From Macrostomum lignano (taxonomy: Eukaryota): a DNA stretch of 26,239 nt. Below are positions 10,181 to 20,784 of this stretch, piece by piece (the stretch's first letter is position 1; every line of letters begins with the position of its first letter). The DNA is taken from positions 1 through 26,239 of the forward strand of contig NIVC01005102.1 in NCBI GenBank assembly GCA_002269645.1, given 5' to 3'. The position numbers and the translations under genes were made by a program. The notes under the pieces are model-generated. The model saw nothing but the letters and a program-made list of their open reading frames with translations, did not search any database and was not told where the DNA came from.

Positions 10181-11635
10181 AAACCCCATTGCACGCACAA
10201 TATACATAATTATTACCATTCATTACATGTATTTTCAAATCTGACATATGGCCCTAGCTGTTAGTCTCTAGTATCGTCCTCCCGAGTCGTGACGTGGGAT
10301 TTTGGAATTTTAATTCCGTTCGAATTTTCAGTCTACGCGTTACGCTGCATGTCAGCCCGAATGCGGTGCAATGTTTGTAAAACCCATTTTCTATAGTGGC
10401 ATTGCAAAATTATAAGACGATGTTCGAAAAATCGGCCGACGTCGGATTGCTTTATACTGTAATTAGCGGGTTTTGATTGCTACACTAAATCGTCCACTCT
10501 CGATCGCTTGTCATGCTGCGCCTGCTGCATGCGATTTGAAAGCCTGACTGCGCCTGGATCGACGTGTGCTCAAGGACGACTAATTAAGTAACTCTAAGTC
10601 GTGTGCTCTCCACTTCAGTGCAAGGACTACTAGACTACTATAGACTATCTTCTGGCTGCAGCAGCTTCTTTCGCGGCAGCTAGCACACAGTCTCGGGCGA
10701 TATTCGACTTAATTTGAGTGTCCTTGTCGAGTTCCTGACGAAAGTGTTCTTAGCTTATAGTGTAATTTCCCCCCCCCCCCGGTGCGTCTAACACAACGTT
10801 CCTTACTCAGAGAGAAACAACTGCATCATACAGTATAATGAATACAATTTAAACGGGTTCGTTTCAAACATGCCTGCAGGTCAGATCGACCTGAGATACA
10901 CTGTATGTTGAAGCTGCTGCAGCCTTCGCTCGCAAAAGGCGTAGAGTGTATGATAAGCTATCAGCTCCAAACCAGCTGTTACTATAAAACGTGTGATTGA
11001 AATTATTTAAACTAAGGACGGTACAACAGCAGCATATGGCACGAAAGGCTTTCCATCACCAGAACTACTGCAAAGCAAATTTTAGCTAAAAATCTGGCAT
11101 GATTTCACTTGAGATCAAGTTAAGGTTATAAAATAGAATTTTTATACTGCTTTTTGTTAGTGGCTCTGGTTGCGGATTGAATCGCATGGTGTGTGAAAAC
11201 AGGCTCTCTTTATTATCGAACTGGTGGTACATCATCACGACAATCGTTGATTATTCTAAGAACAAAAATTAAAAAATAATCCTCGGCCAATGTCAATTTT
11301 AATTTTGATCAAGTCAAGTTAAGACAGTGCTAGCTCTGTTGTTGATCAGTTCTCGCTTTTTGGCAAATGTTATTCGCGATTCCTAAATGTCAATGTAGAA
11401 ATTTTTTTCTTAGCTATCACACATTGGCTTTAGAGCGTAGCCTAACATTAACAACAGGAAGTCAATCGATTTAAGAATCAAGAGCCACACGATCACTAAG
11501 TTTAAACTTTATGCACGCTTAGTCTAGGGCCTAGGCAGTTAAATTGTTTTGTCTGTACATTTGAATCTCATCATCCATCACAAGCTGACCAGGATAAAGA
11601 AAGCTTGCTAGTCTAGCCAGTCCTATAATATAAAA

Positions 11636-11642
11636 ATGCCTC
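11636..11642 (+). CDS. EFR3: EFR3 exon 1, coding part (ATG CCT C)
   Basis: AAAAATGCCTC|GTAAGT: good start context and a perfect donor. Phase 1 matches exon 2 (C+GT = Arg), and exons 1+2 total 87 nt (29 codons), ending after NIYPKNYL. Confidence 0.62.
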
Positions 11643-11781
11643 GTAAGTAATTTTTGTGATTAGGATACTATAATAGTAACTTGGCTTTCAAACTTGTACC
11701 TCAAATAAGACCTTGGAATCTTGGATGCAATTTTGCATCATTGCACCAGTGAAAAAACCTAGACTATGTGTTTTTAGGCCT

Positions 11782-13189
11782 TTGACTTACTTGACTTAGC
11801 TGCAGGGCTGTCCTGGAGGGGACACAGCGAGAAGGCGCGGGCACCCATTCCGCTAGTCCCTGAATGGCTGACGCATCGCTATGGACGGAGGGTTGGCGCC
11901 GCCCAGGGAGGTCCCCCAGTGTCGCCAGCAGCTATAGTGCTCTCTGGAAAGGAGAGTTCAGCCCTGCGGGTGGCCCGAAGGTAGTGCATGAGCTGATTAA
12001 AGTTTTCGGGTTTGCACGCATCAGTAATAGATGTGTGTGGCCCGAGGTAAGTGAGTCTGGCCCGCATGAAGGCGGGACAGATGCTGACGAAATGCTCAGC
12101 GGTTTTGTCACCTGAGTTGCAGAAACTACATGTGGCGTTGGTGGCGTTGCCCTGCAGGTACTGGTGCCTGGAGAAGCAGCCATGACCAGAGAGGGTCATG
12201 GTGGCAGCCCGGATGTCTCTGCGCGAGAGGCGCAAGAGGAGCTTCCGGAGCTGGTGAGAGGGCTGAGGGACAGCGCCTCTGGATTGCCTGCAGTTCGTGC
12301 GGTTTGCCCAAGTTGAGCGGTGCTGAGTCCTGATCCACGCTTTGATGCGCGAGTCGATGACACAGCCAGGAATCAGGACAAGGGGTTCGGGACCGAGAGA
12401 GGAGCCGGAGGCACCAACTTTTGCAAGGGTATCAGCCAACTCATTTCCTCGGATCCCCACATGCCCCGGAACCCACTTAATGGTAATTTTGTTGGCAGAA
12501 CCCAACACATTGAGGAGTTTGATACAGTCGAGGACTGTAGCAGAGTTGGTGCTGTAGCCACTGATGGCGTGCAAGGCAGCTTGGCTGTCCGAATGGAAAA
12601 TGATGTTCTTACCAGTAACGCCAGTGGCGAGAAGCTCTGCAGTGCAGGAGCTGATGGCCAGAACTTCATTTTGGAAAACATTGGAGTTGACCCCAGTGTA
12701 TTGAGCGTGGGTAGCGATGACCCTCCCATTCAGAAAGATTCCAACACCAAAGCCGGTGTTGGCTGACTGCTTAGAACTGTCGGTGTAGCAATGAAGCTCA
12801 CCAAGGTTCCATTGGTCATTGATGTTATCGCGCGAGTCAATAGCTACAGAGTAGTGCTGTCTCAGGTTGAGCGTTGAGGCAATGCCATCGGTGAAGACGC
12901 GATTGGCCTGACACTCGTTGAGAAAGTTGAGGCACAGATCGCTATGCGAGACAAGGTTCCGCTTAGCAGGTGCTCTCATGTAAATGAATTTGACGCCGGC
13001 ATCAATTAGACGCCGCGTCGTTCTAGCCGCCTCATCCCTGATCAAGAGGTCAAGAGGCGGAAGATTAAGGAAGGCCCCCATGCCAGCAAAGGGCGTGGAC
13101 CTGGTGGCGTTGCAGATGAGCCTACACGCTCTGCCTTGGATCGTGTTGAGCAGGTCTGCATGGCTTTTGACCTGGATAGCGCTAACCCT
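11782..13189 (-). mobile_element. 5'-truncated LOA/Lian-like non-LTR retrotransposon (post-RT region, RNase H, CCHC knuckle, 3'UTR, repeat tail)
   Basis: LLNTIQGRACRLICNATRSTP...LPPLDL (post-RT). RNase H motifs YTDSSK, VFQNE, HSDSQAAL, WVPGHVGIRGNELADTLAK, then GPEP. Zinc knuckle CSFC-x8-H-x4-C. Stop at 11879-11881; tail (CTAAGTCAA)(GTAAGTCAA) at 11799-11782. Lies antisense in EFR3 intron 1. Clade assignment is by motif recall. Confidence 0.9.
11879..13189 (-). pseudogene. Truncated retrotransposon pol frame: RNase H and zinc knuckle, RT catalytic core missing
   Basis: About 436 uninterrupted codons. The four acidic RNase H residues appear present (G to S in DGS, A to N in QAE). The ORF-track start at 13288 is a TTG in non-retro sequence. 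Confidence 0.8.
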
Positions 13190-13539
13190 GCACCATTTAA
13201 TAGCACATTGGGCCGGATTCCTCTCCTGGCTTCTAAGTGTGGTGGTCTTGGACTTGGTGTGTGGCAGTCTTGGTCCTACACTAGTCAAGATGTTAAATAG
13301 TAATTTTACAATTTAATTTTAACTTTAATTTTAATTTTATAATTTTAACAATTTATAATTATAAATTGTTAATAAATTGTTATAAATTATAATTATAATT
13401 ATAAATTTATAATTATAATTATAACTATTTAACATCTTGACTAGGTAGTATAAGACCAAGACTGCCACACACCAAGTCCAAGACCACCACACTTAGAAGC
13501 TAGGAGAGGAATCTGGCTCAATGTGTTATTAAATGGTGC
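13190..13539. repeat. 350-bp fold-back (long inverted repeat with an AT-rich palindromic spacer)
   Basis: Arms 13190-13301 and 13424-13539 are identical at 106/112 aligned positions, plus one 4-nt indel. The 122-bp spacer is almost pure A/T and contains a perfect 28-bp palindrome TTAACAATTTATAATTATAAATTGTTAA (13345-13372). Confidence 0.93.
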
Positions 13540-14307
13540 GAGAGAGAAGATAAGTAGGTAGGAAAGCCAGCAGGACAAGCCTGCGAGCGAGGAATCTATG
13601 ACTAGGCCTATGAGAGGAATAGCAATGAATGAATGATAAAATATTATTAGCTCTCCCCTAATACCAATAGCTAGTAATAGCTGTGGCAGTCTTGGTATGT
13701 AGCAGTCTTAGTCATGTGCCTCTTGACTATTTATCTATTATCATATATTATATCTTGAAAGTGTATCTTAGAGTCTAGAAAGTTATATATATATATATGC
13801 CAGAATCTGGTATACTATTTGAATTTGAAAGTTGGGCTATTTTTGTTTACCATTTTGAGCTTGAGAAACTTTTGGTTTAAAAGTTAATGCAGTTTTTGGT
13901 ATATAAATTCTAGTGAATAAATTCATGCTAGGCCCTAGGGCCTATGTATATACATGCTTGAAATGTTTAGTATAAAAGTATATTTGGATTTATATTTTAT
14001 AAATAAATAATATTATATTTTTTATTTAATAATATTTTATAAAAAATAAAGTTAATGAAATTGATTGCTTAAAATGTTTTGCATAATTCAATTTTTTAAA
14101 TTACCTTTTTACAAGAAATTTTGACATATTTTAAGGACTTTTGTTTTGGTATATATTGACATAATTTAATTAATACTCTTGTTTTAATGTATACTACTAC
14201 ATAATCTGGACCCTGTATTAGACCTTTGATGTAATCTGGCATCTTTGCACTAGCCAAAAACAATCCAAAATAAAAAATATAAGTTGAAATAAATTTCTAA
14301 ATAAAAT

Positions 14308-14701
14308 TAGAGGTTGGACGGGATCCTGATCCTAATCCCAAAATCTCGGGATCCCAAGGAAAATTGAATTCCTGTGGGACCAGAATCCCGACCCTAAAAA
14401 ACTCAAGATTCGGGAACAGGTCTTTCAATTAATAATTTATAGAATTAGTGATTACTTGAAGGTTTTGCTTTAACTTGTACTCGTTACATTATTATTTACT
14501 TTGTTGGTTACAAAACTTCATATCAATTTTGTTGTGTTTTACTTCTTGATCTTGACAATCTTTTCTCAATTTTGTTTAACTTTATATGGAAAATACACTA
14601 AAAGACCTGATCCCAATTCCCGAATCCCGATCCCGATCCCAAGAAAAAAATTATTCCCAGTCCCGATCCCGCCCAAAGATTTCAATCCCGTCTGACCTCT
14701 A
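14308..14701. mobile_element. hAT-type MITE (394 bp) in EFR3 intron 1
   Basis: TIRs TAGAGGTTGGACGGGAT and ATCCCGTCTGACCTCTA match at 15/17. 8-bp TSD AATAAAAT at 14300-14307 and 14702-14709. Many subterminal ATCCCG/CGGGAT motifs. Confidence 0.85.
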
Positions 14702-15957
14702 AATAAAATCATTTAGTTATAAGTCAACTACAAATAATTTTTTCTATTCTATAGCAGATAGTTTGGTATTTTATAAATAGCTATTTATTTTAGTTTTATT
14801 ATTTATTAAATGAATATTGGAGCAAATGTGGTTTTTTTCAGTCGGTATTTAGCATACAAAATTAGACACTAAAAAGTACATATTTAGCTTATACATCTGT
14901 GTGCCTAAGGTTGGATTTAAAAATGATATAGCAATAGTATATATAATAATAAATTACAACAAAATACATCAATCAATTAGTAGACAATATCACAAAGGCC
15001 TAGGTGCGCCACTGGTTATACTGTCGGCAATGTTCGGTATACCAACATCAGCCAGCAGACAGTCAACAAAGTGCCAAGTATGTGCCTGCCCTTGCTAGTA
15101 AGGTGCATGTATCATTAGCAGTAGCAACTCCTGCATTGGCTCTGGGTAGTACAACTTTGTTTAGATGAGATGGCCAGCTAGCTAGAGTTGCTGACTAGAC
15201 TATTTATATTATTATACTAGAAATAGTACACTATAATTTTAAATGCACTATTTTATTCTTTAGAGTTTTTTTAGAAAGCAAACATACTAGCAAAGAAGCA
15301 TGTATAGTCATGCACAGATAATTTTAATACTAGAAATGATTTCTTTTTTATTTTAAGAATGTTGGTAAATAGATAAAAAGGCATTGGTATTGGTAATTGA
15401 TAATTAGTAAGTAAGTGGACAAGAAGCATCAATAAAATGATAAGAAGTGCCAATGAATGGATATAGATTATTGATATTTCCATGGACACACTGTAATCGA
15501 CAATATTAGGAGCTGATTATGATTTAGATATGTGTAAATTTGTTAATGCATTATGGAAAAAGCAAAATTGAGTACTGAAGTGTATTTTCAAAGCTTAAAT
15601 TTTGTAGCTATGTATGCACAAAGACAACAGGATAAGTTTGTTAAAGTAAAAGGCTTCTTTTAATTTATTGATGTTTATGCAAAAATGCAGCCAAAATTTT
15701 AAATGAAAAAATAGTAGCAAAAGAGCATTAAGAATATACAGTTTAGAAAGAATTATAAAATATAAAGTTTCTTAATGCATTCAAACTTGTCCTCCTCCAA
15801 AGAATAGGAAGTCAATCATTGTGATGTTGATATCCTTAGAACTATTTTTGGCAGCACTCCGCAAACTGCCAGACAATATAAATTAAAACCATTAGTGAAT
15901 TCAACAAAATGAGCATCATGCTAAATTTTTTATACACAAAATTTATTGTTGCACCAG

Positions 15958-16037
15958 GTCGCTGCCAGGGCTGCTGTGGCATGTGCAAGCCGCGGTGGGT
16001 TCGGCTTGTGGACAATATCTATCCAAAAAACTATTTG
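15958..16037 (+). CDS. EFR3: EFR3 exon 2 (Cys cluster, RLVDNIYP)
   Basis: GCACCAG| ... TTG|GTGAGA; reads (R)RCQGCCGMCKPRWVRLVDNIYPKNYL. Confidence 0.9.
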
Positions 16038-16135
16038 GTGAGATTCTAAAAATCTAAATGCACCTCTAAGTACTACATGTTACTCAAGTGTCTGACAAAT
16101 TGTCTAAAATTGTTCGCATGATAAAATCTCTGCAG

Positions 16136-16266
16136 AACAAGCAGCCCAATGGGCCGAAGCTCAACTCGCTGACTCATTATTCATGCCGCAACCCTGAGAA
16201 GCTCGCTCGCATTGCCGAGTACCTGGAAAGCCGGCTGCAAAGAGATCTTTATAGGAGAAAGACTGG
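16136..16266 (+). CDS. EFR3: EFR3 exon 3
   Basis: CTCTGCAG| ... GG|GTGAGT; NKQPNGPKLNSLTHYSCRNPEKLARIAEYLESRLQRDLYRRKT(G), containing the PEKL.RI..YL..RL.RD signature. Confidence 0.93.
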
Positions 16267-16349
16267 GTGAGTTGAGATCCGAAAAATCGGCTGTAAAACC
16301 AGTTTACTGTGAGCAGTGAGAAATTTTCCAATCCATTTTTTTATTTTAG

Positions 16350-16476
16350 GCACGTCTTTGTCTCCATGGACATCATTGACAATCTGATCAAGAGCTGCCA
16401 GCGACTGGACAACTTCATCTGCACCTATTTGGCTATGGTCACCAGCTTGTTGGAGAATAAGGATCCCGAGCTGCAG
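16350..16476 (+). CDS. EFR3: EFR3 exon 4
   Basis: TTATTTTAG| ... CAG|GTTTGG; HVFVSMDIIDNLIKSCQRLDNFICTYLAMVTSLLENKDPELQ. Confidence 0.9.
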
Positions 16477-16564
16477 GTTTGGCTTATTGGCTGACTGGAT
16501 TAACTGTATCGTATCCAGACTTAACAGATCCCCAGATTAGGTCTTCAGCGACCTTCTACCCTCT

Positions 16565-18909
16565 CAGATCCTCAGTTGCTGGGCCAGCCTCCCAGATCCT
16601 CAGTTGCTGGGCCAGCCTCCCAGATCCTCAGTTGCTGGGCCACCAGCCTCCCAGATCCTCAGTTGCTGGGCCAGCCTCCCAGATCCTGGCAGTCGCTTTG
16701 CCAGCCTTCCAGATCCTCAGTTGCTGGGCCACCAGCCTCCCAGATCCTCAGTTGCTGGGCCAGCCTCCCAGAGTGTCAGTTGCTGGGCCAGCCTTCCAAA
16801 TCCCCAGTTGCTGGGCCAGCCTCCCAGAGTATCAGTTGCTGGGCCAGCCTCCCAGATCCCCAGTTGCTGGGCCAGCCTCCCAGAGTGTCAGTTGCTGGGC
16901 CAGCCTCCCAGAGTGTCAGTTGCTGGGCCAGCCTCCCAGATCCCCAGTTGCTGGGCCAGCCTCCCAGATCCTCAGTTGCTGGGCCAGCCTCCCAGATCCC
17001 CAGTTGCTGGGCCAGCCTCCCAGATCCTCAGTTGCTGGGCCAGCCTCCCAGATCTCCAGTTGCTGGGCCAGCCTCCCAGATCCCCAGTTGCTGGGCCAGC
17101 CTCCCAGATCCTCAGTTGCTGGGCCAGCCTCCCAGATCCCCAGTTGCTGGGCCAGCCCCCCAGATCCTCAGTTGCTGGGCCAGCCTCCCAGATCTCCAGT
17201 TGCTGGGCCAGCCTCCCAGATCCTCAGTTGCTGGGCCAGCCTCCCAGATCCTCAGTTGCTGGGCCAGCCTCCCAGATCTCCAGTTGCTGGGCCAGCCTCC
17301 CAGATCCTCAGTTGCTGAGCCAGCCTCCCAGATCCCCAGTTGCTGGGCCAGCCTCCCAGATCCTCAGTTGCTGGGCCAGCCTCCCAGATCCTCAGTTGCT
17401 GGGCCAGCCTCCCAGATCCTCAGTTGCTGGGCCAGCCTCCCAGATCCTCAGTTGCTGGGCCAGCCTCCCAGATCCTCAGTTGCTGGGCCAGCCTCCCAGA
17501 TCCCCAGTTGCTGGGCCAGCCTCCCAGATCCTCAGTTGCTGGGCCAGCCTCCCAGATCCTCAGTTGCTGGGCCAGCCTCCCAGATCCCCAGTTGCTGGGC
17601 CAGCCTCCCAGATCCTCAGTTGCTGGGCCAGCCTCCCAGATCCTCAGTTGCTGGGCCAGCCTCCCAGATCCCCAGTTGCTGGGCCAGCCTCCCAGATCCT
17701 CAGTTGCTGGGCCAGCCTCCCAGATCCTCAGTTGCTGGGCCAGCCTCCCAGATCCTCAGTTGCTGGGCCACCAGCCTCCCAGATCCTCAGTTGCTGGGCC
17801 AGCCTCCCAGATCCTGGCAGTCGCTTTGCCAGCCTTCCAGATCCTCAGTTGCTGGGCCACCAGCCTCCCAGATCCTCAGTTGCTGGGCCAGCCTCCCAGA
17901 GTGTCAGTTGCTGGGCCAGCCTTCCAAATCCCCAGTTGCTGGGCCAGCCTCCCAGAGTATCAGTTGCTGGGCCAGCCTCCCAGATCCCCAGTTGCTGGGC
18001 CAGCCTCCCAGAGTGTCAGTTGCTGGGCCAGCCTCCCAGAGTGTCAGTTGCTGGGCCAGCCTCCCAGATCCCCAGTTGCTGGGCCAGCCTCTCAGATCCT
18101 CAGTTGCTGGGCCAGCCTCCCAGATCCCCAGTTGCTGGGCCAGCCCCCAGATCCTCAGTTGCTGGGCCAGCCTCCCAGATCTCCAGTTGCTGGGCCAGCC
18201 TCCCAGATCCTCAGTTGCTGGGCCAGCCTCCCAGATCCTCAGTTGCTGGGCCAGCCTCCCAGATCCTCAGTTGCTGGGCCAGCCTCCCAGATCCTCAGTT
18301 GCTGAGCCAGCCTCCCAGATCCCCAGTTGCTGGGCCAGCCTCCCAGATCCTCAGTTGCTGGGCCAGCCTCCCAGATCCTCAGTTGCTGAGCCAGCCTCCC
18401 AGATCCTCAGTTGCTGGGCCAGCCTCCCAGATCCTCAGTTGCTGGGCCAGCCTCCCAGATCCTCAGTTGCTGGGCCAGCCTCCCAGATCCCCAGTTGCTG
18501 GGCCAGCCTCCCAGATCCTCAGTTGCTGGGCCAGCCTCCCAGATCCTCAGTTGCTGGGCCAGCCTCCCAGATCCCCAGTTGCTGGGCCAGCCTCCCAGAT
18601 CCTCAGTTGCTGGGCCAGCCTCCCAGATCCTCAGTTGCTGGGCCAGCCTCCCAGATCCTCAGTTGCTGGGCCAGCCTCCCAGATCCCCAGTTGCTGGGCC
18701 AGCCTCCCAGATCCTCAGTTGCTGGGCCAGCCTCCCAGATCCTCAGTTGCTGGGCCAGCCTCCCAGATCCTCAGTTGCTGGGCCAGCCTCCCAGAGTGTC
18801 AGTTGCTGGGCCAGCCTCCCAGATCCCCAGTTGCTGGGCCAGCCTCCCAGATCCCCAGTTGCTGGGCCAGCCTCCCAGATCCCCAGTTGCTGGGCCAGCC
18901 TCCCAGATC
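16565..18909. repeat. 28-bp minisatellite, about 83 copies, filling EFR3 intron 4
   Basis: Unit CAGTTGCTGGGCCAGCCTCCCAGATCCT with recurrent variants (ATCCC, AGAGTGT, CCACCAGC, CTGAGCC). It is the source of the long repetitive ORFs in the track. Confidence 0.98.
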
Positions 18910-18939
18910 TGGACTACTGCCGCACCCCCAATCTCGCAG

Positions 18940-19221
18940 ATGACGGGCACGCAGAGCTTCGAGAAGTTCTCCGAGATCGACAAGGAGACGCCCAACTACC
19001 TGAAGGAGTACGCCACTCTGCTGGAGTGCTTTGTCAAGATGTGTCACGACGCCAGTCCCGACGAAGCGGTCCGCTGCCGGGTGCGCTGCGCTGGGCTGCA
19101 GGGCATCATGAGCATGATGCGCAAAGTGGCCTCCGATGATTTGCAGATCAACATTTGGGAACAGGTGCACATGAACCAGATCCTCTGGGGCATCTTGTTT
19201 AACCTGGAGGAGGGTTTGCAG
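18940..19221 (+). CDS. EFR3: EFR3 exon 5
   Basis: ATCTCGCAG| ... CAG|GTGAGT; 94 codons, phase 0/0: MTGTQSFEKFSEIDKETPNY...IWEQVHMNQILWGILFNLEEGLQ. Confidence 0.93.
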
Positions 19222-19258
19222 GTGAGTTTTTCGAAAATTCGAGCCTAAGGCAAATCAG

Positions 19259-19546
19259 GGAGTAGAGAGCAGATTCAGTAGGGTAGAGAGCAGATTCAGT
19301 AGGGTAGAGAGCAGATTCAGTAGGGTAGAGAGCAGATTCAGTAGGGTAGAGAGCAGATTCAGTAGGGTAGAGAGCTGATTCAGTAGGGTAGAGAGCAGAT
19401 TCAGTAGGGTAGAGAGTAGATTCAGGGGTGGAGAGCAAATTTAGTAGCGTAGAGAGCAGATTCAGTAGGGTAGAGAGTAGATTCAGGGGTGGAGAGCAAA
19501 TTTAGTAGCGTAGAGAGCAGATTTAGGAGGGTAGAGAGCAGACTCA
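19259..19546. repeat. 21-bp minisatellite, about 13 copies, in EFR3 intron 5
   Basis: Unit AGTAGGGTAGAGAGCAGATTC. A 61-bp three-unit variant block is duplicated (marker at 19414 and 19475). Confidence 0.95.
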
Positions 19547-19574
19547 ATCCGCACTGCAATGCCGCACCCCGCAG

Positions 19575-20081
19575 GCAAGCGAGGAGGCGGCCGCCGCCGC
19601 AGCCCCGACCGCAGCGGCGCCCTCAGTCGGTGGCGACGTGGCGCTGCTGGCCGAGGCGGGTGACGGAGGCGGCTGCGCCTCAGGCAGCGGCCCGCGGCCA
19701 TTCGACAAGGCTAAGGAGGCCCTGGAGGACCTGGTGATGCGAGCCAATTACAACAACATGAACTGCATAGTGGACCCGGTGCTGACCCACCTGGACCACA
19801 ATCCAGACCTGTGGGCGCCCAACCGGTTCGCCGTCTTCGTATTCCACACCATCATCTGCCGCATCCCCAAGCCGTCCCAGGCCTACGCTGTGGTGGACCG
19901 GGTCATCCAGCACCTCAACACGGTCAAGTCCACCCCGGTGAAGAAGGCAGTTGTCCAGGTTGTCAGCAGCATTGTGGGCTACGCTGCCAGCGATGCTATT
20001 GGCCCGGCCGTGTACAATGTGTTCAAGGAGCTGTGCAGGCAGCTCATGCAGAGCATCTGGTCCAGGGATGAGAGCAGCGAT
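19575..20081 (+). CDS. EFR3: EFR3 exon 6
   Basis: CCCCGCAG| ... GAT|GTGAGT; 169 codons, phase 0/0. An Ala/Gly linker, then LEDLVMRANYNNMNCIVDPVLTHLDHNPDLWAPNRFA...IGPAVYNVFKEL. Confidence 0.9.
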
Positions 20082-20133
20082 GTGAGTTTAGGTTGGGTGG
20101 CCACTCTTGGGATAAGTAATCGACTCATTCACT

Positions 20134-20784
20134 GATCCTCAGTTGCTGGGCCAGCCTCCCAGATCCTCAGTTGCTGGGCCAGCCTCCCAGATCCTCAGTT
20201 GCTGGGCCAGCCTCCCAGATCCTCATTTGCTTGTCCAGCCTCCCAAATCCTCGGTTGCTGTGCCAGCCTCCCAGATCCTCAGTTGCTGGGCCAGCCTCCC
20301 AGATTCCGGTTGCTGGGCCAGCCTCCCAGATCCTCAGTTGCTGGGCCAGCCTCCCAGATCCTCAGTTGCTGGGCCAGCCTCCCAGAGTGTCAGTTGCTGG
20401 GCCAGCCTCCCAGATCCTCAGTTGCTGGGCCAGCCTCCCAGAGTGTCAGTTGCTGGGCCAGCCTCCCAGATCCTCAGTTGCTGGGCCAGCCTCCCAGATC
20501 CTCAGTTGCTGGGCCAGCCTCCCAGATTCCGGTTGCTGGGCCAGCCTCCCAGATCCTCAGTTGCTGGGCCAGCCTCCCAGATCCTCAGTTGCTGGGCCAG
20601 CCTCCCAGAGTGTCAGTTGCTGGGCCAGCCTCCCAGATCCTCAGTTGCTGAGCCAGCCTCCCAGAGTGTCAGTTGCTGGGCCAGCCTCCCAGATCCTCAG
20701 TTGCTGGGCCAGCCTCCCAGAGTGTCAGTTGCTGGGCCAGCCTCCCAGATCCTTAGTTGCTGGGTCACCGCCAGCCTCCCAGAT
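20134..20784. repeat. Second array of the same 28-bp minisatellite, about 23 copies, in EFR3 intron 6
   Basis: Same consensus unit as 16565-18909. Shares the AGAGTGTCAG and CTGAGCC variants and has a private GATTCCGG variant. Confidence 0.97.

Noticed and set aside
13190-13288. N-terminal 33 aa of the 469-aa ORF as part of the retro protein
   Set aside because: It starts at TTG, lacks RT similarity, and is simply the left arm of the fold-back read in frame.
11864-13316. Plus-strand and alternative-frame ORFs overlapping the retroelement
   Set aside because: Shadow ORFs of a GC-rich coding strand, with no motifs.
11775-13609. TAGGCCT (11775-11781 and 13603-13609) as a TSD enclosing both the retroelement and the fold-back
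   Set aside because: Only 7 bp, 64 bp beyond the right arm, and similar TAGG(G)CC motifs recur nearby (~11524, ~13929, ~14997). It cannot be distinguished from chance without an empty-site allele.
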